Assembly (NCBI GenBank): GCA_965287045.1 | Contig: OZ336893.1 | Location: 20,150,001-20,214,000, forward strand | DNA: 64,000 nt | Source of the DNA: Carcharhinus amblyrhynchos | Lineage: Eukaryota | Reading direction: 5' to 3' | Shown here: piece by piece, positions 11,410-24,299 of the stretch | Layout: each line of letters starts with the position of its first letter | How positions within the stretch are numbered: position 1 is the stretch's first letter | Program-made: the position numbers and the translations under genes | The notes under the pieces: generated by a model | Databases searched by the model: none | What the model saw: only the letters and a program-made list of their open reading frames with translations | Told to the model about the DNA's origin: nothing

Positions 11410-11634
11410 TGTGAAGATGCCGGTGTTGGACTGGGTTGGGGGCAGTAAGAAGTCTCTCAATACCAGGTTAAAAGTTCAACAGGTTTATTTGGAATCACAA
11501 GGTTTTAGAGTGCTGCTCCTTCATCAAATGAATGAAGAGCCTCTCCACTCACCTGATGAAGGAGCAGAGCTCCAAAAGCTTGTGATTCCAAATAAACCTC
11601 CTTGACTTTAATCTGGTGTTGTGAGACTACTTAC
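11410..11634. mobile_element. Palindromic Penelope-derived element with a degenerate hammerhead core
   Basis: ~82-bp inverted arms 11445-11526 and 11554-11634; CTGATGA-A-GGAGC-AGA-GCTCC-AAAAGC at 11553-11579. Confidence 0.7.
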
Positions 11635-13009
11635 ATTTCGTGAACTACTGCAGACTGAGTGAAGGTCAATCAAGAAGTTCCCAATGGCTCATGCTTTTTA
11701 ATGTTTGAGAGGAAAATCAATTCTTAATAGTTACACATTTAAGTCTTCAATATATTTTCTTTCTCCTCACCATCTTTCCAGTTTCTATAGCTTTTCCTTT
11801 GCTAATACGTTAGATCATTTAAAATGGTGTCGTCTGTGAAATTATTCCTTGCCCTTCATTCTTCAAAAGCTAATTCTGCTTAACTCAATTATCACCCATT
11901 GCCATAGAATTACTACTTGGTTGAGTTTTTTTCCTATCATCAGCTGCATTGTGTATATTAGACTGTCTGCGCTGCATGGGAAGCATATGCTTGAAATCAG
12001 ATCTCCTGGCATGAGAAAATTGCACTTATTAACTGTGATTTTACTTTTGCCTGTTGTAGATAAGTAAGGGCATTGTTAGCAAAGCCCTTGGGCATCAGTT
12101 CCTCTCTTTTTTACATTCAAAATATTCTACATTTACTATTGTGAAAGCTGCTGGAACATTTTCCAGCATTGGTCATTTATTTGATCAAGTACAGTTTTGC
12201 ACAAATGTTCTTGGTCAGGATTCTTTCCTGGATATCTAAAAACAATGGCATATAAATATGTCAAGGACTGTAGCACAAAATTGGCAACAGCATATTAGCA
12301 AATCGTTTTGCGTTCTGTCCAAATTGGTTTTTCAGTTGACTATTGAAGATGGGTTGGCAGTCCATTGCTGCAATTTTACTCCACTGTCCAAGATGAATTT
12401 TGAAAGTAATTTGTTGATAACTTGTCCACTGCTGCCCATTTCCTCAGTATAGGGTGGGGAAATCAATTAAAATGACTGGCTTCAGAGTTTTCTGGGAGTT
12501 GGCTTACCGCATCAAACAGCTAAAATTAAATATTGTTTCTTGGCACAAATATTTGAAGTCATTAACAAGTTTTTCTAAACTTTGGACAATGGTGAAAAGT
12601 AAAATAAAAGAAAAATGTTTTGATTTTTAAAGCTGATGATGTTCATTCTTGGGTACTTTGTTTCTCTTGTGCTTTGCAAATCAGTGTGTGGCTCCAGATA
12701 ACACATACTACACAACAATCAGGGAAGATTCACAATCACTGTATATTCAGTCAAATAGACTATCCAATTAATGTTTACAAATTGTTTATCTTAGCAGTGG
12801 GAATACCTAAAATTTGAACAGTTCATAATTTTTCAACTTGTATTATGCACCATTTTGCCTCTGGGCCTAGAATTGTACAATACATTGTCAAACAATCTGT
12901 CCCATGGGGTAGTCATTTTTTTACACATTTCCTCTGTTCCATGGTACCTGAAGTGTGAACAACCTGATGAGTGTTTGATTTGATTTTGAATTATCACATG
13001 TATTAGTAT

Positions 13010-13285
13010 GCAATGAAAAATATTGTTTCGTGCACACTTTACAGATGAAGCATACCGTTCCTAGAGAGGGAAAGGAGAGAGTGCAGAATGTAGTGTTACA
13101 TTCATAGCCAGGGTGTAGAGAAAGATCAGCCTATTGCGAGATAGGTCCATTCCAAAGTTTGATGGCAGCAGGGAAGGAGCTGTTCTTGAGTCGGTTGTAC
13201 GTGACCTCAGACTTTTGTATCTTTTTCCCAATGGAAGAAGATGGAAGTGTGTGTGTTTGGGGTGTGTGGTGTCCTTAATTTTTAA
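13010..13285 (-). mobile_element. Rex1/Babar LINE 3' fragment
   Basis: Antisense peptide IKDTTHPKHTHFHLLPLGKRYKSLRSRTT, continuing after a frameshift as KNSSFPAAIKLWN; typical of the Rex1 RT C-terminus. Confidence 0.75.
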
Positions 13286-14306
13286 ACTACTAGTTTTTTT
13301 TTCCATTAAAAACAAGCACACTTGGCTCAAAACCCACTACATCAGTGAGAGCCCACTTGAAACAATTACGTATGTATTTCTACTTCCCCTTCCCAGGTCC
13401 ATGTAAATAAATTCTGTGCTTGGAAAATGTTTGTACCCAACTTGAGGGAATTGGGCCAAATCAAGAAATTAACCCAACTTTTTAACTCTTGCAGCTTTTA
13501 GGGGAACAAATGGCTTAATTTTCCCTACTAAATGAGTAGTAGAATTTATCTGTGCTGCAAAAAAAGCAAAGATTCTACTAGGAGAGTTGAAATTAGTTCA
13601 GTTAGACTCTTGAGCATTAAACAGAGAATTACTTTTAGCAGTGTCTATAAATAACTTCCTAAGACAATCTTCATAATTTTACCAAATATGACTATTTAGA
13701 TTTTCATTCTTAAAAAATGAAACATAAAATATAAGTTGGCTAAGCTCCTTTGATTCTCTGACTACTGAACCTGTAATGTGTAAAGAATAGCATAACTCAA
13801 AGTTGAAGAAAATGCTAGAAAGTATTTGATTGTTAGACATCATAGGGTTAAGGAAGATTGTTCGTTATTAGGATTCAGTAGTGTTCTTTTAATTGTTTCC
13901 ATCCATTGATTGTGAGTTTACTGAGTTTTTTTTTTGTGGGAGTGTGATCTGAGGACTTGAGAGGTGGTTTTGTTTTTGTATAAACTATGATTCAATCTTT
14001 GGCTTGCTTTGATCTTTGATAACAATTCTGGTAAAATACAGACCTTTCAAAACAAACATTACCCAGTTTTGTACCTTCATGCACTTTTTATATTTTGTGC
14101 CTTAAACCTTAGCTTTTGTCGGTACTGCGTTCCAGATGTGTTTTTGCATATTTAATAAGTGATTTTAATTTTTTATTGACTCAATGCAGATACACATCAC
14201 AATCCTCCCATTTCTGTGCAAAATTGTATTATTTCATAATATTTCAAGGTGAGCTATTATGACAGTATTGTAGACTGATTTGTTTCTCATTATTCTTCTG
14301 TTTTAG

Positions 14307-14468
14307 ATATTCCAGAAAGTTCAGGTGGACCCCATCCAGTACAAACTTCAGCAGGCTAATGGGGTGGGACAGGGTCTTATTCAGAGTGCTGCGAAGAATG
14401 CCAACACCCAAGGACTTGAACATGATCTGGATGAGATGAACACCAGATGGAACACACTCAATAAAAAG
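14307..14468 (+). CDS. MACF1: MACF1 spectrin-rod exon ([11 protein letters not shown]...RWNTLNKK), phase 0-0
   Basis: ttttag|ATA ... AAG|gtcagt; 162 nt; matches MACF1 FQKEQVDPLQ...RWNTLNKK. Confidence 0.93.
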
Positions 14469-15007
14469 GTCAGTTCTTTCCAAGTATAGAAAAGAATATG
14501 TTCTCTTTAGAGTTATAAAAGAATTATTGAAGTTAAAGGAAAACCAATTTAAAATTATAACTTTAATAATATGTTTTGTATTCAGATTTTGTTTAAACAA
14601 TGATCAATTGAAAGAATAAAAGGTTTGGCCTTTAGAATTGGTATACTGAATGCCCTGGTTAGCTCAATATTTTTGTCCAATGAGTAGTCAAATAAATGTC
14701 TTCAAAAATACTGCTCTTATATAGCACCTTATGTTTCTCAAAGAAAAACTAATTACTTTGGAGTGCAATCACAATTGCTTTTGAATGAAAACTGCAGGCA
14801 ACCCCCCCCCCCCCAAAATTCCACTCATTCTTCCCCCAGGGCTCCTCTGCCCACATTGCTCTTCTTTCTTTATCACTACTTCCCCCTTCCCTTTGGCTTA
14901 ATTGTGTTCTTTTAATTTTTCCTCTAAGACGCTTGGATCTCTGCAGGGGAACTCTAAAGTAGAGTTGTTAAGACCATATTGGGTAATAAGAAATGTTTTT
15001 TTCCCAG

Positions 15008-15178
15008 GTGGCAGAACGTATATCCCAGTTACAAGAAGCACTGTTGCACCGTGGAAAGTTCCAGGATGCTTTGGAACCTTTGTTGAGCTGGCTTACAGAT
15101 ACTGAAGAACTGATTGCCAATCAGAAACCTCCATCAGCAGAATACAAAGTGGTGAAGGCACAAATTCAAGAACAGAAG
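15008..15178 (+). CDS. MACF1: MACF1 exon ([13 protein letters not shown]...AQIQEQK), phase 0-0
   Basis: cccag|GTG ... AAG|gtattt; 171 nt. Confidence 0.95.
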
Positions 15179-16544
15179 GTATTTTACATTGTAGGAGTGA
15201 GTCAGTTGATATGAATTATTTTGAGTAAATAAGCTCAAACATTGGTGGTTTATGTTTTAATAACTGCATTTTTAATGGGGGTGAAATTTGAAGCATGGAA
15301 CAAACTTTTAGAAAACCCTGCTGCATTTTTTATTTTTAGAGTATAGACTACAAAGAGACATTTGTTCCGTAATCAGAGATGAACAAGTGGCCATCCACTG
15401 AATCTGTGCCAAATCTGAATAGCAAAAATCACTTCTTCTCTCCAGTTCATTGGTAAAATAAAACTTATCTCGTTGCCACATTTCTATAACTTCTTAAAGG
15501 GCACTGCCTTCGATATGGCGTTTGTCAGAGTTTTTTGTTTTGCTGATGTACAGTGTGAAGGTTTGAAATGCCTGTCATGTTACTTGTATATAATATGACC
15601 ATGAGAAAGTGGCACATTATTCTTATGCTTCACCTGCCTTAAAACAAAAGGGAGTTTCTTGTGAAACAACTTTTCATGAAAGCAATTGCTTTTTTTTTTA
15701 ATAGACCACATCAGTTTTCTTGCCCTAAAATTTGTTCCAGCTTCAAAGTTTTCATCATCTGAGTAGTGCAAGAAAAAAAGCTGTGCAAATGGGACAGGGG
15801 AGTTTTAAATTGAAATTGAGTAATTTAGTTAGCTGATGAGTATGGTTTGTTTACTGACATGATTTGCCTTCAACAAAATCTCAATCCCCTTGCAGTTCCA
15901 GGAACTGTTGGTAAAATGTTTGCATTTTGGACTGTGTACTGCATTTTCTTATTACTGAATTCCAGCCTTGATGTTGCTGTTGTAGCAACAACTGTGAATC
16001 TCGAGCGGTTTCTGTTGAATCATCTCCTGTGTTGGTGAATAGCAGTGACATTTTTCTACTTGCTTTCTTACTTATTGTAACTTTTGTCTGTTGCACATTC
16101 TGGATAACATGGGCTATTGTGTTTTATTGTAGTTCCAAGAATATGAAGTCACGTGTATTGTTTGAAGCAATTTTGATTTATTGGTGCTTGCAAAAGCAGT
16201 AAATTGACACATGGAGGTTTCTCAGGATGATCTGTTTTGTGCTGACATTAATGGAAGTTTAATACTTAACTGAATTTGTTCTTGATTACTGAGTTTATAT
16301 TGGTCAGGCAGCACTTCTGGTTCCACTATTTCGAACCACTGTTCTTTGCTGCTAATAGAAGGATTCGGATTGATGGTTTATTTTTCCCTTCAGTGGTTCA
16401 GGAATTTTGGACATTTATAAGACATATTTTTCCATTTATCAAGTTAGCTAATCTGTCTGTAAAACAGTGAAATATACAATGGACTCTTGAACCCATTCAG
16501 TACTGAATACTTAACTACATGTATTAACAAAACACTCAGAATAT

Positions 16545-16669
16545 AATGGCCAGAACCACCCCACCTGCCACCAGAATTAGAGCAGGCGAGGGATGGACCA
16601 TGGGAAGATCAGCTGACCTCAGGCAGGATTTTATGGTTTTGGGACGAGCGAGGCCGTAAAATCCTGCCT
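16545..16669. mobile_element. Short MITE-like element (Harbinger-type TIR motif GGCAGGATTTTA)
   Basis: AGGCAGGATTTTATGG (16621) is inverted relative to CCGTAAAATCCTGCCT (ends 16669). Confidence 0.5.
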
Positions 16670-16919
16670 CATGCACTTAGTAGTGTGTGGTTTTTAAAGG
16701 GGCTTGAAATATTGTTAATCCAATTTAGATAGTTTCCTTATATTTAATCATTTCTGAAGTGATTTTGAAAATTCTATAAAATTTTTTTGTTAAAGAAAAT
16801 ACTTGATCTGCATTGAACTTGATGAGAGTGCAAATGTTTGTTGATGTATGTTTTTGGAGTTAAGGCAGTGCAGCTGTAGGGAAGTTAACATATGGAATAT
16901 AAGATGGGAAACGTGAACT

Positions 16920-17645
16920 TAATAGCATGTTATTTAAATGGAGAGAGATTGCAGACAGAGGGGTCTGGGTGTCCTGTCTCAAATCGCAAAACATTATGCA
17001 GGTGCAACGAGTTGTTATGAATGCAGATGCAATGTTGTTCATTGCAAGGGAATAAAATATAAAAGTGGGGATGTTGTAGAGGGTGTTGGTGAGACCACAT
17101 CCAAAGTGCTGTGTACATTTTTGGCCTCATTTAAGAAAGGATATAAATAAATCTGTGAGGAGCAGTTCAGAAAAGGTTCACTTGAATGATTGCTGTGGTA
17201 GGGGTATGAGAATGGACAGGTAGAGCCTATATCCATGGGAGTTAAGAAAAATGAGAGGTGATTTTATTGAAACATGTAAGATCCTAAGGGGACTTCGCAA
17301 GGTGAATTCTGAAAGGATGCTCTCCTTGTGGTAGAGAGGAGAACTGGGGGGCATAATTTAAAAATAAGGGGTCTTCCATTTAAGACAGAAATGAGAAGAA
17401 TTTTTTTCTTTGGGGGTCGTGAATCTATGAAATTCTTCTCCCCAGAAAACAGCGAAGACAGGATCATTGAATGTTTTTAAGGCAGAGGCAGATAAGTTCT
17501 TGAACAGTGGAATTGAAAGGTATCTGGAGGAGACAGATTGTGAAGTTGAGGCCACAATCGGATCAGCCATGATCTTATGGAATGGTGGAGCAGGCTTGAG
17601 GGGCCGAATGAACTAATGCTCTTTGTTCGCATCTTGTACATTCGA
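16920..17645 (+). mobile_element. 5'-truncated CR1/HER1 LINE
   Basis: Degraded RT C-terminus (GH-LKIRG--F-TEMRRIFF) and 3' UTR GAATGGTGGAGCAGGCTTGAGGGGCCGAATG. Confidence 0.85.
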
Positions 17646-18214
17646 AAAAGCTGGAATATCCTGTAGCAGGATCTAATCTGTGTGTGGTAAGCATGACTGG
17701 GAACTTGCTGTTGCATCAGACTGGACTGAAGGGCGAACCAACTCTGGAACCTTCAACAAGGAACAGATCTCTTTTCAAGCTGTTAAGTGTTGGCAAGACT
17801 TCAAACTACTTCGTCTCTTTTGGGGGGGGAATATTTATTTTTCGTTCATTCCCTCCCTGTGCATAGACAAGCACATAGGTCAAGCAGCTGTGTTGTATAG
17901 TGAGAGGAAGAAGTAACTATTTTTATTTTGGTTTATTGTTGCATCATATGGGATTGAAAATCTGTTATTGACCAAGGATTTTTTTTTTCTTAAAATGCTC
18001 AGCATTCTGTAAAACTCAAGAATAAGAGCTGAAAAGATGGAAAATATTTTTGCAGTATCTTACAAAGAATGTGGAAAGCATAAAGAAGTTCAGAAAGGCT
18101 TATACATGGAGCAGCCTCCCAGGGCAGTTGCTTTAGCAGTGTTCCACAAAAATGTGAGATTTAAATGTAAAGCCTCTTGGCAACTGTTGTCACTTTTGCT
18201 TTTCTTTTGCCCAG

Positions 18215-18381
18215 CTCTTGCAAAGACTACTGGATGATCGCAAATCCACAGTGGAGATTATCAAGGCAGAAGGGGAGAGAATAGCAGAGTCAGCAGAAAC
18301 AGCTGAAAAAGAAAAGATTCAGAAACAACTACAGAGTCTGGGAGAGAGATGGGATGGTTTGCTCAGCAAGGCCGCAGCAAG
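18215..18381 (+). CDS. MACF1: MACF1 exon ([10 protein letters not shown]...LSKAAAR), phase 0-2
   Basis: cccag|CTC ... AG|gtacaa; 167 nt. Confidence 0.95.
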
Positions 18382-20159
18382 GTACAAGATCTTTTCATGT
18401 TCATATGGGAGAAACAAAACCATTATATTTGCTGTGTGTGTAAATCACGATGTTTTTTAAACAGCTTTGTGGAAACATTTCAGTTTTCCAAAATTAAAAA
18501 TTCCCACCATAGTCATTCTTAGTCAGTCGTGGAGAGTTTGAAGTCAAAATTGAGACATATTACACATTCTAGTTTTGATGAGTTGTGTTTCCTTAACTTT
18601 TAATATAAATATGTTGTGAATGCCAAACTTTCTTATCAGTACCATAGAAAGATTGAACAAACAACATTAAAGTCAGTTGAGCAAAACTAGAATTTTAATA
18701 TTTTTAAATTTTTAGGTTCCATTGTACCAATGAAATATTAAAGGGAAAAGATTGGAAGCAGAAAAGATTTCCAAATTGTTCGTTTGGTTAATTACATACA
18801 TGTAAAGAATACAGAAAATGCATAAAAAGCAAAGCAGACACTTGTTCCATCTGAGTTCAACAAAACCTTGAGATATGTTTATTTTGCAAATATTTGCATG
18901 AACAGCTTGTATGAATCAATGGTGAGATTTTACCACACCTCGTCAAATGTGGAGGAAAGCTTTTATTGTGATGACTATTGGACTTGTAAACACTTGACTG
19001 CATATGTGCATGCACAGCTGTGCAGAGGGGTCACTGTCAACTGGATTACAACAACTTAAAGCAAACCCAACTTAATAGCTTTACTCCATTTAAAATCTGT
19101 AGATCCATTCGTATCATTGCACTATCTATTAGATGTTTGGGCATTGGGTGGAAGACAATTGGTCAACTGTTTCTACTAAAAAAACATTGGCACAAAACCA
19201 TTTTCTCACTCCTATTCCGAAATCCTATAAAATACTAGGGATGAGCATCATATTTAGTACAAACAAATCCATTTTTAAAAAATCAAACAGCTATATTGCC
19301 ATTTGCAAAGGGATATCTGCGCAGATGCAAAGAAGGTCAATTTCAGTAGTTGTCATTTTATGTGATTTACTACTTCCTTTTCCCTATAGTTGAGTGAATT
19401 CTTCTAAATCCACAGTTGTGTAGTGAGGGGTGTTATATATTTGATCCCTGGCTGCAGTAATACTAGATGTGTATCTGAATCACTGGTAGCTTTGTAAGAG
19501 AAAGTGCCTTCTGAATGCTATAATGGAATCTTCATTCTACTTAATAACTAAAGCTGTCAAATTTGAACATCTGATTATAGACCTTACAAATCCAAAACCT
19601 ATATTTATCCAAAGAGTCGGCTTAGAAGAAAACTTAACATGTGTTAACCATATAACATGTTCCCCAAAGAACAAAACAACAGCAGCTATAACATTTAATA
19701 AATATTGTCTTTACTCATTAAAATAAATCAGAAACTCTCATTAGAAAAATATTCTACATCCATTTACAAAAATGTACTCTGCTGTTGCATGAACATATTT
19801 CAGCTCTCTGAGGGGGGAAGAAAATCACTAAATGTAACCATAATTCAATAGTCTGTGCACATAATCATTTGAACAGTCATTTATTCTGTTGTTTGTCAAT
19901 TTGCCCCAGTCAAATATTCACACCGACCGCTTCTTACGCTCGCACCTGTCTTTACACCACATGTAATGTATTTGTGCACATTGTCTACTCCTCCAGCTTA
20001 TATGCCCACAGATTTTAAACTGTGTGTAAGAATGAGGCTATTAAGATTTTGTTTAATTGAATGCAGTCACCATGAATGATTTCTCATGCTGTTTGTGTAA
20101 ATGTTTGCACCACAATAATATTTAAGCGGTTGGAGACTATGTGCTTTGTGTTAATGCAG

Positions 20160-20319
20160 GCAGAGGCAGTTAGAGGATATATTAGTCATTGCAAAGCAGT
20201 TCCATGAGACAGTGGAGCCCTTGAATGAGTGGTTAACCAGCAAGGAGAAGAAATTGGCCAACTCTGAACCTGTAGGAACTCAAACTGCTAAAATCCAGCA
20301 GCAAATTACCCGCCATAAG
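20160..20319 (+). CDS. MACF1: MACF1 exon ([16 protein letters not shown]...QQQITRHK), phase 2-0
   Basis: tgcag|G ... AAG|gtgagt; 160 nt. Confidence 0.95.
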
Positions 20320-20849
20320 GTGAGTGGCATCATTCCATGGTATAACTTCATTTGTGGCATTTTACTGGTTTAGCTTTAAACAATGTAAAATTATTACATT
20401 TTCAGACTTTATTTTCTTGTTATAGTAAATAAAACATGCAAGTTTTGTGTATTCTTTTGTTCACAATGCATCAGAATCAGCTCTAACTTTGTTCTACTGA
20501 AGCCACGTATGGACTTTATAATTGCAAAATATCCTCACTCTGCAGTTCCTTCACCATTTTAAAAAAAACAACAATCATCCTGGAAAGGAGATAATGCACC
20601 ATAAACCTTGTGTGTAAATATATATATTTGCAATGATTTGCAAAAATGCACAGGAGTCCTTTTTGGTTTTAAGTAAATGAAATGTTGAAATGAAAATCCA
20701 ACACAATCACCTTTTTGTTCCCCTCCCTCACCGTAACAACACTTGTCAAATGCTGTGATGGTATGAGAAAGAAAAACAAGCTTCCTTTTGTTTGGACTGA
20801 GAAGAGTTCAAACTTTTTCTTTTCTGTTTTGTTTTTAATGGATGACAAG

Positions 20850-20879
20850 GAAACACTAGAAAGAGAAAATAAGCTGGGA
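20850..20879 (+). CDS. MACF1: Candidate 30-nt cassette microexon (ETLERENKLG), phase 0-0
   Basis: Long U-rich tract 20813-20836, then acaag|GAAACACTAGAAAGAGAAAATAAGCTGGGA|gtaagc; open and frame-preserving. Confidence 0.4.
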
Positions 20880-22733
20880 GTAAGCCAAGTTTTCACAATG
20901 CCATTCAACTGAAGGAAGAATTACTACTTTTGTTGGCGACACGCCAGAATCTGGTTTATTGATTTGAACTAAAATCAGATCCAATTGGATTTATCCTTAG
21001 CAAGAACTTTTTCTGTATACATGTACATGTATCTCTCATTCATTCTTATCCAAACTATCTTTCATTTTCACAAAACCACCTGTTGTGTCTCAATACATTG
21101 CCTGTTAACTCCCTAAATGAAAGTAATGTAGCTTTGCCTGCTATTGCAAAGAACTTAATAATAGGGGTTTCTAACATTTTATTGCAAAAAATCATTACTT
21201 TTATGTTCAATGTATCTGTTAAAAATAATTCTCAACTGTAACTTTAATGAAACTCTTTCAACCCTGCCCCATCCCCGTTTTCAATGAATATTGGACTCCA
21301 CTCAGTGGCTCTTGAGATTATTCCCTTTTTCATGTTGCTAGTTTTCTCTGTTCTTCTAAATGCATTGAATTTTTGCTGCGATAAGGTTCCACAGGCATAT
21401 TTTAATGCCCCACTCAAGTGACTTTTATTCCTCTGTTAGAATTGATGGAAGTAATTTTCAGCAGGCTGCATTACCAGGGGACTTCACAATCAAGCCAGTG
21501 CTGTCTTTGCTCAACACCCACAAATGTGAGCGTCAAACTAGATTCACCATCAAGGAATGGAACCCTGCTTGATTACTGTCTGCCTGAGCCAAGAGTCCTA
21601 TTCCTGTCCTAGCTGAGGCTAACTAACTCCTAGCATAAGACCTAAAACTTGCTGATTTCTTTGGCTCAGTCAGTCACTAGATGGCCAACCTATTGGAGAA
21701 CCTTTTGAGACTGTATTAAATTCTTAATTATTGTAACTTTGCTGTGCTAATTGATTGCACTCAGATAGAGTGTGCTGTCCTGCATCTGTGGTGAGCTTTA
21801 TTTTGCAAACAGTGAAATACTTTTAAGATCAGTCATCTATGTTTTCTTGCCACTTTGGTTATTAATGAACAGTATTCATGAGAATGTTAGAGTAACTCCA
21901 CTCTTCACTGTGTCTGCCACATTAAGCATAAATGATAATGGTTGAAGGCATTAGAAAGAGACATAAAGGTATGAATAGTATGAACTAGTAGCATCCAGTT
22001 GTCACCTTTAGAACATAGGTGAAAATCCAAACGCCCAAATTAATGGAACGAAAGTGCCTGACTTTAAAAACAAAGTTAAAAATAACCTGTTCGCCAATCT
22101 CAACTCTGTTCCTAGTGATTGCGGAATTGGCTGAGCGTTTATATATTATGGGCATGTTTTTATTTATATATTACTAATGTAGAAATGTTGCATACAAAAA
22201 ACAGTAATAAAGTATTAAGATGTTTCCTGCATTATAGATTGGGAAGAATTAGCTTTGCAGATGTTTGCTTTCTTGTATTCAGACAGGTCATTTGTTATTA
22301 AGTTCATTTTTGGCTTCAAAGCAAACTTGAAAACGTTTTTGAAGTTGCATCAAGTTTTTTTTGCCCTGGCCAGTTTAACATAATTTTGGTCCAGACTTTC
22401 TCTCTCAGCTACACTAACTGCAATCTTTTGTCAAAGTTGTTATCAGCTAAGAAAATAACTAATTTTATTTTTGGATTAAACTGTCCATTGCAGATTTAAG
22501 GCCTAATGTTTCCTCTGCTAAATCCTGTATAAATGGTATTTGATCTAGATTAAATTAAAGATGTTCCCAGTTCCTTTTTCTCTTTTTGTGACACCATGGA
22601 AAGTTTTGCCATGTTAAAGGTGCAATATGTGTCTTTTTTGTTGAAATTTATTTTGATGCATCAGCTTTTTTTGTTAAAAATTTTCAATTCATAATCATGT
22701 TTTCTTTATGCTATAATTTTATCCTTGGTTCAG

Positions 22734-23060
22734 GCCTTAGAGGACGACATCACAAATCAAAGTCAGAACATCCAACAGGCAGTCAGTGTCGGCCAGTTTC
22801 TCATGACGTTGAGCGCAAAAGCAGACCAGGAGATGGTAGAGGACAAATTGGAGTCTATCCAGACTCAGTATAGGGAGATTGGGGACAGGTGCAGCCGAAA
22901 GGCAGCTTTGCTCCAACAAGCCCTTGCTAATGCCAAGATCTTTGGAGAGGAAGAAGTGGAGGTGTTGAACTGGCTGGCTGATGTTCAGGACAAGCTCAGT
23001 CTGGTGACCATCAAAGATTACAAATCTGACATCCTGCACAAACAACACACAGAGCAGCTG
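22734..23060 (+). CDS. MACF1: MACF1 exon (ALEDDITNQ...HKQHTEQL), 109 codons, phase 0-0
   Basis: ttcag|GCC ... CTG|gtattt; 327 nt. Confidence 0.93.
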
Positions 23061-24214
23061 GTATTTCATTTTATTTTAAAGTTTTTCTTCTGTTGCATTA
23101 ACTTAGTTAACTTAATCCACGCTTCACCAATTTTCTGTTGATAGTTAATTTTTTATATCATTTTGATTTTAATTACTTCATTTTTTTGTTTCTTTGGTTC
23201 AATTTTAGCATTTGTTTCTAAATTATCTTCATAAAGGTTGCAATTAAAGTAACTTGCCTCAATCTATCTTGCTATTTTTTAAATCCTAAGAAATTACACC
23301 TCACATTAAAATCCTGAATATCTTCCTACTGTTGCATTTGTTATTCCTCTTACTCTACACTTTTAGATTTCACGATTTGTCTTCATGTTGCATTGCTCGT
23401 AAATGTTTTAAAATAATGTACACTGAAATATGAAATCAAATTCATGTAGCCTAAAGTATATGCGTATAAGATGGAGACTAAAGTGAAACGACAATGGTGC
23501 CTCTTTGTCCATCTTATCTGTTTTATCTGATTTGCGCAGGAATATTACAGTTAGAAGTTCTGTTTTGATTATACTTAGACTATTTAATTGTTGCATTCTA
23601 AAGAACAGAATAAAAATATTTACTAATCTGAGGTATGGATGTAAACACATTTGGCATAAGCATTTAGTTCATGATATCCATAAATACCAACATTGAGTTG
23701 TTCAGCTGATAAGCCAGAAGGCTGCACAGACCAATATTTGAGAAGTTAATCATCAGACAATCAGTATTTTGGTGTAACTCTTTAGGCAAATCAATTTTTC
23801 TATATAAAACAAAAATTTTTGGCTTATCTGCTAATTGCACTTTTTTGATCATTCCATTTTGATCTTTTCATTTTGAACTATTTGATTCATAGCTTTAAAG
23901 TCATGTACATGTGGCTTGTAAAACAACATAATTCATAAAACGACTATGCTGTTACCAACATAATCTAATGCTGACTTAAAATAATTTTGTGATGAAAAGT
24001 TGTAAGCATGGATTCTGAGGAATTGCTGCTCATTTCACAGCAATTCCCAGCATTGATCAAGGCAGCTGCTCTGTAATTTTACTTGCATTTGGCTACGATT
24101 CAGATTCAGTCCTTTTTGGACCCCTTTGCATTAGAGTCATGAGAAGCAGGAATGATGTTTCCGTAGAAACCTCACCATCCTTTTATTAAGCAGCTGCTAT
24201 GATCTCTTTTGTAG

Positions 24215-24299
24215 GCTTTGAATGATGACATTATATCCCGGAAGAAGAATGTCGATCAAGCCATTAAAAATGGACAGGCTTTACTGAAACAAACTACAG
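24215..24299 (+). CDS. MACF1: MACF1 exon (ALNDDIISRKKNVDQAIKNGQALLKQTT), phase 0-1
   Basis: tgtag|GCT ... G|gtaaac; 85 nt. Confidence 0.95.

Noticed and set aside
12963-13020. CTGATGAG as a hammerhead or snoRNA core
   Set aside because: No stem II, GAAA partner or terminal stem found
15966-16034. Possible 69-nt or 49-nt cassette exon ending at TTG|gtgaat
   Set aside because: Both versions hit a stop within four codons in phase 0 and the acceptors are weak; no supporting evidence
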